Source of the DNA: Lophium mytilinum
Taxonomy: Eukaryota
Assembly: GCA_010093605.1 (NCBI GenBank)
Contig: MU004198.1
Coordinates: 498,726-562,725 of the forward strand
Direction: 5' to 3'
DNA: 64,000 bases
Position 1 is the first letter of the stretch. Every line of letters starts with the position of its first letter. The position numbers and the translations under genes were made by a program. The notes under the pieces are model-generated. The model ran no database searches. It was not told the DNA's origin and saw only the letters and a program-made list of their open reading frames with translations. Of this stretch, positions 37,756 to 51,236 are shown piece by piece.

Positions 37756-40700
37756 ATGGCAGGATCACCTGCGGAAGACTCTGTGAAGGGTCAAAGCCTC
37801 CCACAGAATTCTTTCTCCAAACTCCGCAATGCCTGGAATTGGCTGGACATCGATTTGCAAGCCTTTCTGCAAATGGTAAAGTTTGCTTTCCCGCCAACTA
37901 TTGGTCTATGCATCTTCCAGTCGGACAGTATCTCAAGTACCTTCACGACCGTAGGATACTTGATTGCTGTCGCTGGCGTTCTGGCCTCAACTTTGACTCC
38001 ACGAGCCGCCTTCATTCAAAACATCATTGTAGACGTCTTCGCAATTTCATTGGCTACCGCGGTCGCTTTGCTAGCAATGTGGAGTGCAATTCAGGCTCGG
38101 AAACATACTACAGCTCCAGGGGCGCCTTTGACTGATTATAACTCGTCAGCCGCTGCCGTCGTTGGTGTATGGCTTTTCGCTACGGTATATTTTATCAATG
38201 TACGTCACTTTTGTGTGTTTCGTTCTTTTGTACCATTACCCATCGACTAAATCCTGTTCAGTGTCTAAAATCAGCAATGCCGCAATTCAGGTTTGCCTAC
38301 GTCATGGCCTCGATAATCACTGTCGTTACTTTGGCTTCTGCTCCTCAGATGACCGAAATAGGCGCAGCGCTCAGGGTTGCTAGACAGCTGTTCGGGGCTT
38401 TGCTGCTCGGCCTTGCTATTGCTACTGGTATCTCTCTTCTCTTCCGTCCATCGACTTCGCGGAAGCTAGTTCTTCGGAATATCACCGACTATTTGGACAG
38501 CATACGGAAGGTTCTCGAAGCACAGTCCACATTCTTGAGAAGTATAGAGAACAAAAACATGTTTCATTCATCTTCAGAGTCGAATTCGCTCCGCAGTGAA
38601 CTCAAGAAGCTTCGACTGGTCAACAATAAGCTGTTCTCTGACATGAAATTCGCCAAGAAAGAAGTAGCATACGGCTATCTCGATGCCAAAGATTTGTCAG
38701 AAATACATCGCTTGCTCCGTGCTGTGTTTCTTCCCATTGCTGGTATGAATCAGATGATTGACATTTTCGAAAGGTTGGCCAAAATGCATGGATGGAGTAC
38801 CCTTTCCCGAGACGAACGAGCAGCTCCTGAAACGGAGAGCGAGCGAATCATCATGGGAGAGTACGAGGGTATGATGCAAGCTCTCCACAGCCCGATCGGA
38901 GATATCTCCAATTCTATGTACGAAGCTATCGACCACGTCTCGACTGTCCTGAAGCTTGCAAAGCCCGCTTCACAGCCCGCTGACGAAGAGGCTAACTCGA
39001 CTTCTTCGCCAGGTCATGACAATTTCTCGCAATATCTACAAGGACAGATTGATGTGTTTGACGAGAAACGCAGGAGTATTTTGAAATTCTGGGTTGACGA
39101 CACAAGCGTCACCCTTTCGCCAGTCAAGACAAGAAACAGTATGTGGCCAGACACATCCATTGAAAATGACGATCTTTTCGCAACACACAAACAACGACAG
39201 CTTTTCGTACTACTTTACGTAAGTCTCATTTCATTAGGTCATACCCAGTTCACACCCGAATATCGAGACATATGTTTGTGTATGCTATAGTGCTTCTATG
39301 AAAGTATTCAAAAGAGTTCGAAAGCGAGAAGACTCTGTTTGGAGACGCTCCGCTGGGTAGACGGTCACCAGAAAGCGTTCAAGCGCCATCCCAACTCCGG
39401 TGATATTGAGTGCCACACATCGTCTGTAGCTTTAAGATATGCATCACAGTGCTTTGAGTTTGGAAATCCGGGTACACTGGAATAATTTCGCAAAAGTCTA
39501 GATGTATTCCTGCTAATGAGTAACGATTCGTACAGATCCTCTATCTATATTGGGCATCAAGCCAAGCCTTGCTTAAGCTTGCCCAGTTTGCCGACGCTCG
39601 ATTAAAGAACGGAACCATGTCTAAAAAACGGTTTCTTTTCCCAGGCCGCAAAAATTTGAAGAAATTTCTGAGACTCTCGTCAACAGTCACCAAAGATGAA
39701 AATGACGATTGTGAATCAGCGCCCGACCCAATCCACGATCTAGGGGAAGCATTTAACTCTCGTAAAGATCCAGAACACCTTGCTGCCGAGGGCTGGCTGC
39801 AAGAAATCGGAGAGGTCCTGCGAGCCATCGCCAACATGCTCCGATCTAAACATTCCTCATTCGGGTTCCGAGTGGCATGTGCAATTATGTCCGTTGCCAT
39901 CATGTCCCTCATACGAGAAACTCAGCATTTCTACGTTGAGCAACGTATATTCTGGGGAGCAATCTACTGTGCCCTATCCATGGTCCGAACGGCGGGCCAG
40001 TCGATGTTCATCTTCTTCCTCCGTGCCTGTGGCATTCTTGTCGGAGCAGCCGCTGCATACCCGGTGTTCTATATCGCCGATGGCCATAGTCCGGGAGTCC
40101 TCGTAATTTACTTCCTTTGTGTAACAATGTTCGCCTATATTCCAGTCAAAGCACCACGGTTTGCTCTAGTAGGTATCATGGCTACCGTGACTACCACCAT
40201 CATCATTGGTTACGAGCTGCAAGTAAAGAAGATCGGACAGACTGTGGCAACATCTAACGACCAAAAATATTACCCGCTCTATCTTCTGGCCCCGTACCGA
40301 GCAGTAGTATGCCTTGGTGGCATCGCAGTCGCCTTCATATTTACAGGCTTTCCGTTTCCGATTTCCGAGCGTTCTGAGGTCAGAAAGTACCTCGGCAGCG
40401 CACTTTACCTTGGAGCCCGTCATCACGCGGTGGTGCAAGCTACGATAGCGGCACGCATCCGTGGCGATGAAGGCGACATGAAGCTGAAATCGAGCCCCGG
40501 GCGCAGACTGGAAACGGAGCGAACAAAACTGTTCACGAAACAGTTGATACTAGTATCCAGATTGAGAGAGCTCTCAGACTTTACAAAATGGCAAGTTCCT
40601 CTAGACGCCAGATTTCCGAAGGAAACTTACGACTCAATCATCAACGTATTCGAAAACCTATGTACTTACACAGCTCTTATTGGATATGCCTCGACTTCGT

Positions 40701-41192
40701 TCGTAATTCCACAGGAGGGACTATCAGAGGAGCATTCGGCTTGGCAAACGACGCTCACGAACCTGCTCAAGAGCCTTCAGCATACCGCCGACGACGTATC
40801 AAGCGTGTTGTGCCTCCTATCCTCGAGTATTCTCAACGCACAGCCGCTCCCACCGCATCTCCGCTTGCCACGGCCTTACGAACTTGTCAAGCGTCTGCAG
40901 ACCATGGACAGGGATGTGCTCGATGTGGAACATGTTACGGAGCCAGCGTATTCGGGGTTTGCAATTATGCAAATTGCGAGCAAGGCTGTGATTGCGGACT
41001 TGCGCACACTTACTGAGTGAGTTGGTGATCTTATGACGTTCAATTATGTTTGACATCACAGCTATAATTATGGGCCCTTTAACTAACACACATAGTCTTG
41101 TTAGGGAGCTCGTGGGAGAACTTGACTTCTCTTACCGCTATAACGGGCCATGGTCGGATGCAGAAAGTCAGGAAAAGGGAAAAAGGTCTTAA
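37756..41192 (+). CDS. ArAE_2/FUSC_2-family multi-pass membrane protein (Bre4-like); 4 exons
   Basis: Several TM segments; FGFRVACA, IIIGYELQV.KIG, Y.P.Y.LAPYR, FPKETYD, PLPPHL..P; final exon ELVGELDFS. Introns ~38200-38261, 39219-39535, 41016-41095. Confidence 0.85.
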
Positions 41193-41835
41193 ATGATTTC
41201 GACGAACTTACCGGGGCTGGGCTGGTTCGATATCCCGATTCCTCCTCCGTCACCGGGAAGAGTGAAGGATGGGTGGCACATCCCGCAATAACCATCTCAT
41301 GACATCTATCGTTGCCATCTTTGTTGTTCTTGGAACCTTTCGATGCTGTACCATCAGAAGTGTTGGCATCTATGTAAGCTGTATGATATTTCCATCGCTC
41401 TAGAAGTCTGCTGACGCCCCTGCGGGCCCGTCCAGCAATGCTGCATACCAGTCACCAGAAGCGACTTTAACACCTTCAAGCCAACGGGCATTCAGCTTGT
41501 CAAGGACGTAGTTTGGGTCTTGTATACAGAGAGGCTTCTAGTGCTGATGAAGTGGGCAGGATCCTTCGATGAAGATGCTTGCATAGGGAGTCGAAGATTG
41601 AGCCATGGCAGAATAGCAAAAATGGCATTTACTTATATACAGAAGCAGTCTCTAGCGTTTGCGAAGCGGCCTTGGCGTCCGCGGATAGCAAAACAATCCG
41701 CCGCCCCTGCGCCTCGCTTTGCACCTCATCTTCCTTGACCGCGCTCTTGATTGCACGACACCCTACTTCACATAGTACCTACAGTCTCGTCAAGTGTAGA
41801 TGATATTCCTATCGGAATATTCTCTCTTGGTAAGA

Positions 41836-42300
41836 TGGTGAGCGAAAGGGCCCACAAAAATATCGCTGCCGCCATTAAAGCGCAGAATGCGAGAAACGCG
41901 ATCAACAACGCCAGGATGCTCGCGCGGAGGGCCGCGGAGTTGGCCGAGCGTAACGCTGCAGCTGGAGCGTCATCGACAGCTGTCGCAGGGACGCTCATCA
42001 AGAAGGAAGAAACGCATGCGGAGCCAGCTAGTTCGATCACTCCTCGATACGGGGATGGGCATGTTTCGTGAGCTACAAAAAAAGCTCATCGCCTTGAGAG
42101 ACACAATCGATGATCTCGAAGCAGCGGTCCAAGCAACTGACACCCAACTCAGCGGGTCCAGCAAAGCTTCGGAAGCGTGCAAGGACGTTTTCAAATTTGA
42201 AGGCATGCTGGAAGCTATCTCCATATCAGTGGAGAGCTTTGACACGAGCCTCATTGAAAGTACGAAAGCTCTCAATCGTTTGACGACGTCGGACGAGTAA
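41836..42300 (+). pseudogene. Possible small coiled-coil gene, split by a frameshift or unrecognised intron near 42030-42070
   Basis: MVSERAHKNIAAAIKAQNARNA... in one frame is followed by helical ELQKKLIALRDTIDDLEAAVQ... in another. Confidence 0.35.
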
Positions 42301-42359
42301 AGCTCGTACCTCACAGTCACTCTGTCTCAGCTAGGTAATACTTTTTCCTACAGGCAGAT

Positions 42360-42840
42360 TTGTCCGCAAAGCTTCTCTGCGCCTGTGCAGCTTACGCGTG
42401 GCTGCTCATGGCATTTCCTTCTCTCTTCTACAATCTAAATGTCGGAGAAGCCTTTTTGCGCCCGTGCAGTTTGCTCGCGGCGTTCTCTTCTTTGGCAGCT
42501 CATGTCATTTTCCTTTACTTCTTCAACGACAGCTATGTCGGCGAGGCGTCTCTGCGCCCGCGCACTCTACGCGTGGCTGCTTGAGTAACGTTCGTTGGAC
42601 GAAAGAGTCTACGAACACATCCTGTGCATTAACATGCACCAAGCTACTACATCGAATAATGAAGTGGTATTTATGGCGACGTTTCCTTTACTTCTTTACG
42701 GATTCATGTCCGCGAAGTCTCTACGCACCCGCGTATTTCGCGCATGGTTGCTTGAGTAACTTTCTTCAGACGAAAGAGTCGACGAACACATCGTTTGCAT
42801 TGAAATGCACGAAGCTATTACATCGAATGATGAAGTAGTC
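42360..42840. repeat. Degenerate direct repeats: two ~130-bp copies ~170 bp apart (42536, 42707) plus two partial copies (42361, 42440)
   Basis: TGCTTGAGTAAC...GACGAAAGAGTC.ACGAACACATC...TACATCGAAT.ATGAAGT occurs twice; the TGTC.G...GCGCC.G.GCA head occurs four times with variation. Confidence 0.8.
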
Positions 42841-43777
42841 TTCACGTCGACGAATGTCGTCCTTTGCGCTTTGCTAACAGCAAAGCGCATTAAACTTCAG
42901 TGAATTGCTTGCACTTCTACGTAGTGCTGAGGATCATTAACCTGTTAAGGGTGAAGCTAAGTCAAGCAATCCGATAAGGAATACTCCCATCGCAATACAG
43001 AACTCTTTTGACAGCTCACGCGGATAGATTCTGAAACCGCAATTTCAAATTACCGGTACCCTCGTCCCAGTTCTACGACAAGACAGTGGTGCCGATGATG
43101 GATTTACACAGGATCGAAGGAAGGATGATACTGAAACATCATCTGATGATGGCATGGGGGTGATGTTGGGAGACCTAGCATAAGCGGAAATGTACGACCG
43201 GCGCAATGCTCGCATTTCCGGACGTATCCCTCGCATCGTTCATACGCTTTTGCTATTATCCTGCTGAACGTGCTGCATAAGCTTGTTGATCAATATCTGA
43301 GAGATCGGTCATAGGTCACGGGAGCTAGCTACGGACCCTTTCCTCCTTTGTCTCCAGATGGCGCCGGTCCACCTGGAAAGGCGCACTTCATCAAATCTTG
43401 AATCCCTGCGGACACTGATGCCAAATAACGTTCATCTATATTTCCCGCTACCTTTGGGTAAGCTTAGCGTACACATGGCGGGCACCAATTGGAAATCGAC
43501 TTCCGAACGTGAACGTTCCCTTCCCGCGCCATCACGGCGGATGCAGTTACCGTTTTCCTGAACTACTCGCTAATCTCCACTTGCAGCACCTACCCTAACC
43601 TAGGAAGCTTTTGGGAGACGCAAAACATATCTAGTTTGTTGGGCTATCCGGCGCCAATTGATATACTTTGCTCCGTGGAATTGAGCTTCTTCTGATAGCC
43701 CTCAAAGTGTTAACATATAACTCAAGAGGCAGGGGACTCCTTCACCTTCCAAGTGAAAGGATCTGTCTCATCTAGAA

Positions 43778-44857
43778 ATGTCTCATCTTGAAGCTGGAAA
43801 TCTGTTCAATGTCAAAGACATGGTGTTCGTGGTCACCGGTGGAGGGACCGGAATCGGTGCAATGTTTGCAAGAGCTCTGGATATCAACGGCGCCGCAAAG
43901 GTCTATATCATCGGCCGTCGGCTCGACAAGCTCCAGGAAGTTGCGCAATCAGCGGTATGGACATTCTCTATTATCCGCTTGGCGCCAGCTTCTCTATTTC
44001 GGTCGTTGCTTGTAACCTCTAGTTGATGGATCCAATGCAGACAAATCAAACCATTATTCCCATCCAGGGCGATATCACTTCCAAAGAATCCCTCACAACC
44101 ATCGCTGAGCGGATCACCTCCGAAGTTAGTTTCGTCAACGCCGTAATCGCGAACTCGGGCGCCGCGGGCCCTAGACTCGACGCTCTTCCGAAGTCACCAC
44201 CACCTTCTCTTGCAGATCTTCATGCTTTCCTCTGGGCGACACCCCCTGCTGAATTCAACGAGACCTTCTTTGTTAACACCACCGCGGCATTTTACACACT
44301 GCTTGCGTTCCTCCCACTCCTCGACGCAGGCAACAAAGACGCAAGAAGCCCCACGGTCCGAGATGGAGGTAGTGTAAAGAGCCAGTTCGTTGCAACGAGC
44401 AGTATTGGTGGGTTTAGTCGCAGACCGGGAATGGGGTATGCGTATGCAGCGAGTAAAGCTGCGATCATTCATCTGGTGAAGCAGATGAGCACGTGCTTGG
44501 CAGACTACCACATCAGGTGCAACAGCTTCTGTCCCGGCATCTATCCCAGTGATATGAGCCAAGTGAGATGTTATCGGTCATTCGAGTAAGAACTAGCTAA
44601 TGATTTTATCTAGGGTATGATAGGTAAAGATGACCGCACAGCAATGGGCTCGGTCAGTGGAGATATCGTTCCACTTACTAGAATTGGTAATGATGAGGTA
44701 GGTTCCGCTCTGCGATCGCTGAAGTCTTCCGGGCTAATGTCTATAGGACGCCGCTGGGGCGCTGCTGTTTCTTTGCAGTCGGGCTGGCGCGTATATCAAT
44801 GGGAATATCTTGATCTCAGACGGCGGTAGGATGTCAATTGTACCGGCTACCTACTGA
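43778..44857 (+). CDS. Short-chain dehydrogenase/reductase; 4 exons
   Basis: VVTGGGTGIG, ANSG, catalytic YAASK, IRCNSFCPGIYPS, YINGNIL.SDGG. Confidence 0.9.
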
Positions 44858-45084
44858 GCCTACGAAAATCTGGTTGTTGCAAGCATCTAACCGACTTGAA
44901 GAGGTCTCGTAGCCGAAGTCCTTAGTGCACTAGAAACTCGATTCTATTCTACAAGATCAACCCTCTTGATTCAAATCAAGCATCTGAAGCCATGAGAATC
45001 AAACATAGAAGATATTCCGCATAGAGCATTTAATTAGTACGTTATTAGACTATCCTTAAGTCTCCCCATCGACAAGATAAACGA

Positions 45085-47260
45085 TTACAGGTGTGTCTCC
45101 TCGATATGTTTACGATGATACTTCTCGCCTACAGTCTCCTCATCCCCCTTCCGTCCCTGCAGAGTTGCAGCCACAGACCGCGTCATCAATTTATCAATGT
45201 CGGCGATGAAGAAGGAGACAATAATAGCCAGCCCTCCGAAGGCAATCGACACGAGGAATATCGTTCGATACGCATCCATGTATGCGTGTTGGTACGCCTT
45301 CCCGCCTGCTACAAGGACTTGAGGTGTGAGGCCTTTCACGGCGGCAAGGAGCTTGGGCGAGCCCCCAGCTGCAATTGCGGTCCTTGAAGAATGATTAGTC
45401 TAACTCGGGTGGAACGAGTGGTGCAGCAGGGCGATAGGATTTAGGTCTTACATGTAGTCGAGAACCGACGTGGCTGGTAAGCCTGCCTTGATGACAGCCG
45501 CCGGGACTTGGGCGGGAATGGTCTTCCCGACTCGAGTAGCAAGTACGACGCTGTAGATGGTGCTAGCGACCGTGCTGATGGCGCTACGAGAGGATCCCGC
45601 AATACCGGCAGCGGTACCAATCTCCTGCTGATCGGTGATGACGATGGTGCAGATAGGTAGGACCAGAGCCTCGTTCCAGCCGACGAAAATGGTCGCGATG
45701 AAGACAATTCCCATGGCGGTTCCAGGGGTTTCGGGCGTGCACACAGCCATCAGACCCAACAGAAGGGTGCCGAGGGAAATCACGGTGATACATTGGTATT
45801 TCCTGTGGACGTTAGTAGAGCTCACTGCCAAGGCTGTATAATCAAAGGTAAGCTTACCAGAATCCGAGATTCTTTGCGATACTTCCTATATCACCATCAA
45901 ATTAGCATCACTCCAAAGACCATAAACAGTCAATACACAAACGTACCGCCGATGATCTCTCCGACTGTTATACCAACACCGACAAGGCATGATACAATTC
46001 CAACCCAGGAGGTCCGGCCGTTGCCGTATACAGATGCTGCCATCTGAGGCCAGATGATTGCTTGCGAGTAGTAGACACTAGCGCCGAGAGAGAGAGACAA
46101 CATCGCTGGGGTAAAGCCCTTGGTCCGGAAAATGTGCATTGGGAGCAAAGGCTCCTTGAGATCGACAAGAGTCTCGTAGAGGAAAAGTGCCACGAGGGAT
46201 AGGAAGCCCACAACAATGAACGAGATGGTTTTCGGGTCTGTCCATGGGTAGAGACTGTCACCACCTGATGAGAGACCCAGAATGAACTGCGTTGAGGATT
46301 GCTGTTAGTCTTGTCTCTCCTTCGAGGTTACGTATGAAGGTATAACTTACTAGGATCAGGCCTGCAGTGTACAGGAGAAGACCGATATAATCGAAGTTCT
46401 TTATATATTGCATCTTGGAATCTGTACCGTGCTTTTGGTGGAAGTTTGGCGGGAAGTAGAATATGCCATATAGGATTGCCGTTAGGCCGTTAAGGATGAT
46501 CAAGAGGTAATAGCACCACCTCCATCCGGGACCAGTTTTGGTAATGAGCGATGTGGAAATAGCAGCACCGAATCCAGCAGTAGGCAAACTGAAGATGAAG
46601 ATGATGGCGTTGGCGATGAAACGATGTCGAACTGGCACGATCTCCCCACTGATGAATGAATAGGAGTAACCCGTGCAAGCGGACAACCCGACGAGTGTTT
46701 GTCCGCCAATGAGCACAGGAATGGTTTTGGCTGTGGCTGCGATGATGGCACCGATGAGGCCCAGGATCGTTCCTCCTATGAAGAACCAACGGCGACCGAA
46801 TATGTCCTATTGTCGGATATTAGCATATTGGAGACGAAAACTATTCGGTACAAGCCGAGTTTGGATGATGAAGATTCAACTTACAGATAACCGGCCGACG
46901 AGGAGTAAGCCAACAGCGAGACCAATTGTATACACGAGTGCGAGCCAGATGATGCTACTGGAAGGACCCAAAGCTACACTGATATCGCCAAGAACTGGTG
47001 CGATCAATGCAAAACCAGCAGTCGAGGCCTGTGAAAACGTCAATTAGCTTCGAATTCGAGGACGACGACAAGTCACTTACCGCCAAGTTCATTCCAATGG
47101 CCAGGAAAGTTCCTATAAAATACGGCGATCGCCAATAACCCGCGGGCAACTCTTCAGACTCGACGGCGAAGCCATGGGCAGCGATAGTATCTTCGCGTTG
47201 CAACTCGTTGCTGTTGTTGACGTGCTCGATAGCTTCGGAGTGCTGCTTTTCGACTTCCAT
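45085..47260 (-). CDS. MFS transporter, TRI12/trichothecene-efflux-pump-like family, multi-exon
   Basis: LPAGYWRSPYFIGT, IFGRRWFFIGG, GWRWCYY, FYFPPNF, YQHAYMDAYRTIFLVSIAFG. Confidence 0.9.
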
Positions 47261-48257
47261 GATGACCTGTCGTTTAGGCTTGGTTGAGGGATGCAAGTTA
47301 CAAGAATGATACAAATTGGACTTGATATGGCAATATATCACCAAGTCACCGGAACTTAAGTCACAAGGACGTGGTCACCGGATTTCCGCGGATGTTAAAT
47401 ACTTGACCGACTCTGGCAGGCATTCTAAGCGCGGAGCATCCATTGTCTTGGAACTCTGAACCGTCTACCAATTTGTCGGGACGGCATAGCCGCGATCAGG
47501 GGTGGTCTTCATTCTGGACATGCTGGGTCGAGATCGATCCATTCCGTGCGCCGCAGATTGATGCTATTGCCCGAGAGAGACCGAAACAACACCATTCTCG
47601 AATGACAGGATATGGATGGGAGACCGTGAGAGGACTGAGAGAAAGTGGCGTCAAGCCTCGCGCTGACCTTTCCACAAGCTACCCCAGACATAGGTCCCAC
47701 TTACCCCAGGTGTGGGACCGGTGTTGCGGATAATCTGGGGACTAATTTAAAGCGTGCGGGGGTGGGTCATGAGTTGCCGTTAGCTCAGATATGACCCTCC
47801 GCGGGCGGCTTCAGTGCGGCTGAAGCCATGCTCAGCAGAGAAAAAGCATCTAAGTGCTACTGCAACTATCTTGCAGATTGCTCCATTTCAGGTCATATCC
47901 AGCCAAACGATAAAGGCTTCCGTGAATAGAGTTAGTACGTCTCGGACGGTCCAAACGACCGGACGTAAGCCTTTTGCGGAGCTATTATTGCGAAGTCGTG
48001 GTGTGATTGTTTTCCGAATGGCGGAAAAGTGTACCCGACTCAACACTATGCACGTCCCTATCGAGGATGTTCTGTTCGGGTTAGGAACATTTTTGTGACG
48101 CGTTTGTACCCAGGCGGTCTATGGTGCTTCAATCCATATGCAGGGGCATGTGTCAAATCTAATGGAATACTTTTATTCGTTTCAAGTCTAAGTCAACAAG
48201 GCAACGTAATCAGTCCTCTCAAAGCACCTCTTTCGATTCGATTCTAAGTCTGTAGCC

Positions 48258-49444
48258 ATGTCTACGCTGCCACTCCGTCGTCTTGGGACAAATGGTCCTC
48301 TGGTATCCGCCATAGGCTTCGGCGCCATGGGCCTAAGCGTCTCATACGGCAAGGTTGACGAAAACAGCTCACGCTTCGAGGTTCTAGACAAGGCCTTGGA
48401 GCTCGGCTCGACTTTTTGGGACACTTCAGACGTGTGTTAGTATTTGCAGACATGACCCCTGGTGTAGATTACCGAAGCTGAGTGTTGCTAGATGGAGATA
48501 GTGAGGATCTTCTTCGGCTGTGGTTTGAGCGTACAGGAAAACGTGACAGTGTATTCCTGGCCACCAAGTTCGCAGTCACCAAAGATGCAGACGGCAAGGC
48601 TACGGTCAGGTCCGATGCGGAGTTTGTCATGCAGGCTTGCGAAAAAAGCTTGAAGAGGCTTGGAGTTGAAAATATCGATCTTTACTACTGCCATCGCGTG
48701 GATAAGACTACACCGATAGAGAAGACAGTCGCAGCGATGGCTGTACTCAAGAAGTATACCACCCTTCTTATCTTTGACTAGTCATCATGATGCTAACTTG
48801 CTAAGGCAGGGCAAAATTAGGGCGATAGGACTGAGCGAAGTCTCTGCTGCCACTATCCGGCGTGCGGAGAAGGTCCACCATATCGACGCGGTACAGCTTG
48901 AGTACAGCCCATTCATGCTGGACATTGAGTCCCCTGAAATTGATGTCATGCGCACCTGTCGGGAGCTGGGAATTGCAATTGTAGCATACAGTCCTCTCGG
49001 AAGAGGCTTTCTGACTGGTCAAATCAAGTCACCGGATGATTTTGAAGAAGGAGATTTCCGAAAGCATGCACCGAGATACAGCAAAGAGAACTTCCCGAAG
49101 AACTTGCGGCTCGTGGAAAATCTTCAGAAAATAGCAAAAGGGAAGAAGTGCACTCCTGGGCAGTTGACTCTTGCATGGATCTTGGCTCAGGGAGAAGACG
49201 TCATCCCAATTCCGTAAGTGAACACTCACTTCAGAGTAAACGTTTTGAATAACCATTGTATAGTGGGACAAAGAAGGTGAAGTATCTGGAAGAGAACGTC
49301 AATGCAGCCAAGGTCAAGTTGTCGCCTACCGAAGTTCAAAACATTCGAGATGAGATTGAGAAAGTTGAAGTCGTGGGCGACAGGTATCCCGCTTTCTTTC
49401 AACAATACAGCTTTGGAGACACGCCACCTCTCGAGGGGACATAG
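48258..49444 (+). CDS. Aldo/keto reductase (YakC-like)
   Basis: [58 protein letters not shown]. Confidence 0.94.
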
Positions 49445-49658
49445 GCTAGTCCGAAGTGCTTAAGGATGTTTGATGGATGATAGTGTGTAGAGAGTTTCTT
49501 TTTCCCACTGGGTACCTAATAGCAGGGCGACTTCTGACAGTGAGTATGATTGTGGTGAAGCAGTGGTATACCAGTGTGCCCAAACGTACGATCTATTGCT
49601 GTACCTCAAGATGAGCCGTGATTGAGCTTTACAATGCGTTTGTTGGTACATGTATCTA

Positions 49659-50469
49659 CTAGCATACCCATCCGCCGTCAATTATCTGTACAGTACCAGT
49701 GATGTATTGCGTCTCATCACAAAGCAACCACGTAATCAACGACGCGACTTCCTGCGGCAGTCCTTTCCTCATAATCTGACATTTCCAGACCTGTTCTCCG
49801 CCTCTCGCAGCCACAGATTTCTGCTGCATTGGACCCTCAATCATGCCACTAGCTAGAATTAGATTCCATTGCAGATAGATGTCAATGTACAACTTACGGT
49901 GCGATACAGTTGATCCTAATTTCTCTCTCTCCAACTTCTTTCGCCGCCGTCCTGCTCAACCCAATTACCGCGTGCTTACTCGCCGTGTATGCCGCATTCT
50001 TCGGAAACCCAATCACCCCACAAATACTCGCCGCGTTGACCATACTCCCCTTATCCTTCATCTGCGCCAGCTGAGCCCGCATGCAATACATAACCCCATG
50101 CAGGTTAACATCGAGGACGAAGTTCCAGTCCTCGTCGTTCAGATCCTGAACTCGTTCCTTGTTGATGACTTTGGGAACCACCCCGGCTAGGTTGACAGCG
50201 CCATCTAGCTGGCCGAATGCTTCGACTGTCTTCGCGATCCAGGAGTTGACTGCGGCGCTAGAGCGCACGTCTACGACCGTGGAGAGGACTTTGCCGGTGC
50301 TGACGGCTTCGATCTCTTTCGTCTTTTCGGCGAGCGCGTCGGCGGAAATGTCGCAGATTGAGAGGTGAGTTCCTTGCCGGGCGAGTAAGAGGGCGGTTTG
50401 GAAGCCGATGCCTGAGGCGCCGCCTGTGAGGGCAATGACTTTGCCTTTGATGTCGTAGTCGACAGGCAT
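49659..50469 (-). CDS. Short-chain dehydrogenase/reductase; 2 exons
   Basis: ALTGGASGIG, NLAGV, YTASKHAVIGL, IRINCIAP|G, YITG...IDGGW. Confidence 0.93.
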
Positions 50470-51236
50470 GATGATGAGACTGTTTGGAGTGGCAAAAAGA
50501 GCTCTTGGAAGGTACGAATGTGATAAAATTGACGTCGGGAAGCTATCGGATAGTAGCAAGATAAAAAGTGGTGGCCTTCAAAACAGCATTATGTCAAACA
50601 AAGCTGATTATTCTCTGCATCAGGCTACCGTAATCGGACAACCCGCAGTACTCCTAATTCCAAGCTCTCGCGTCCTATCTTCCACATCAGCCGGAAAAGC
50701 TGATACGTATTGTGTGGAGAAGTACACCCGCACAGCCAGGCACCTCCGCATGTCTCCTTTGCCGCAACTCTCCCGTCCAGACTTCCAGGAGGAACGGAGG
50801 GGCCGAAGTCATGAGTTCTGTTGGACGCGTAGGAGGGGTTTATGAAGCAGTCATGAGTTGAAAGCATATGCGGGGTTAATGCAAGGCTCCACAATTCAAG
50901 CTAGCGCTAGTGTCTACTGTAGTGTAGATCTAGTGAACGTGTTATCGATAGCCGTTCGTAGAGTGTGGGGTAGCGGGGAAGTGGATCGCGAGGCTGACTT
51001 ACCCCTGTCTCTCACGTTGGAGAATGATATCCGGCATAAAGGGGCTGGGAGCGAGTGGGGGCAATATTGGAGTAGCCCAGACCAAGGCGCATGTGAGGCG
51101 CCGACCAATTCACGGGGAGCATCCTAGCATATCCGCCTTTAGCATTCGTTCCTAGCCCGTAGGTAATTTACACCATGCGTCCGTAACATGAACTGAGAAG
51201 GCTCTACGCAATTTACCCTACGATTGATATTTCAGG

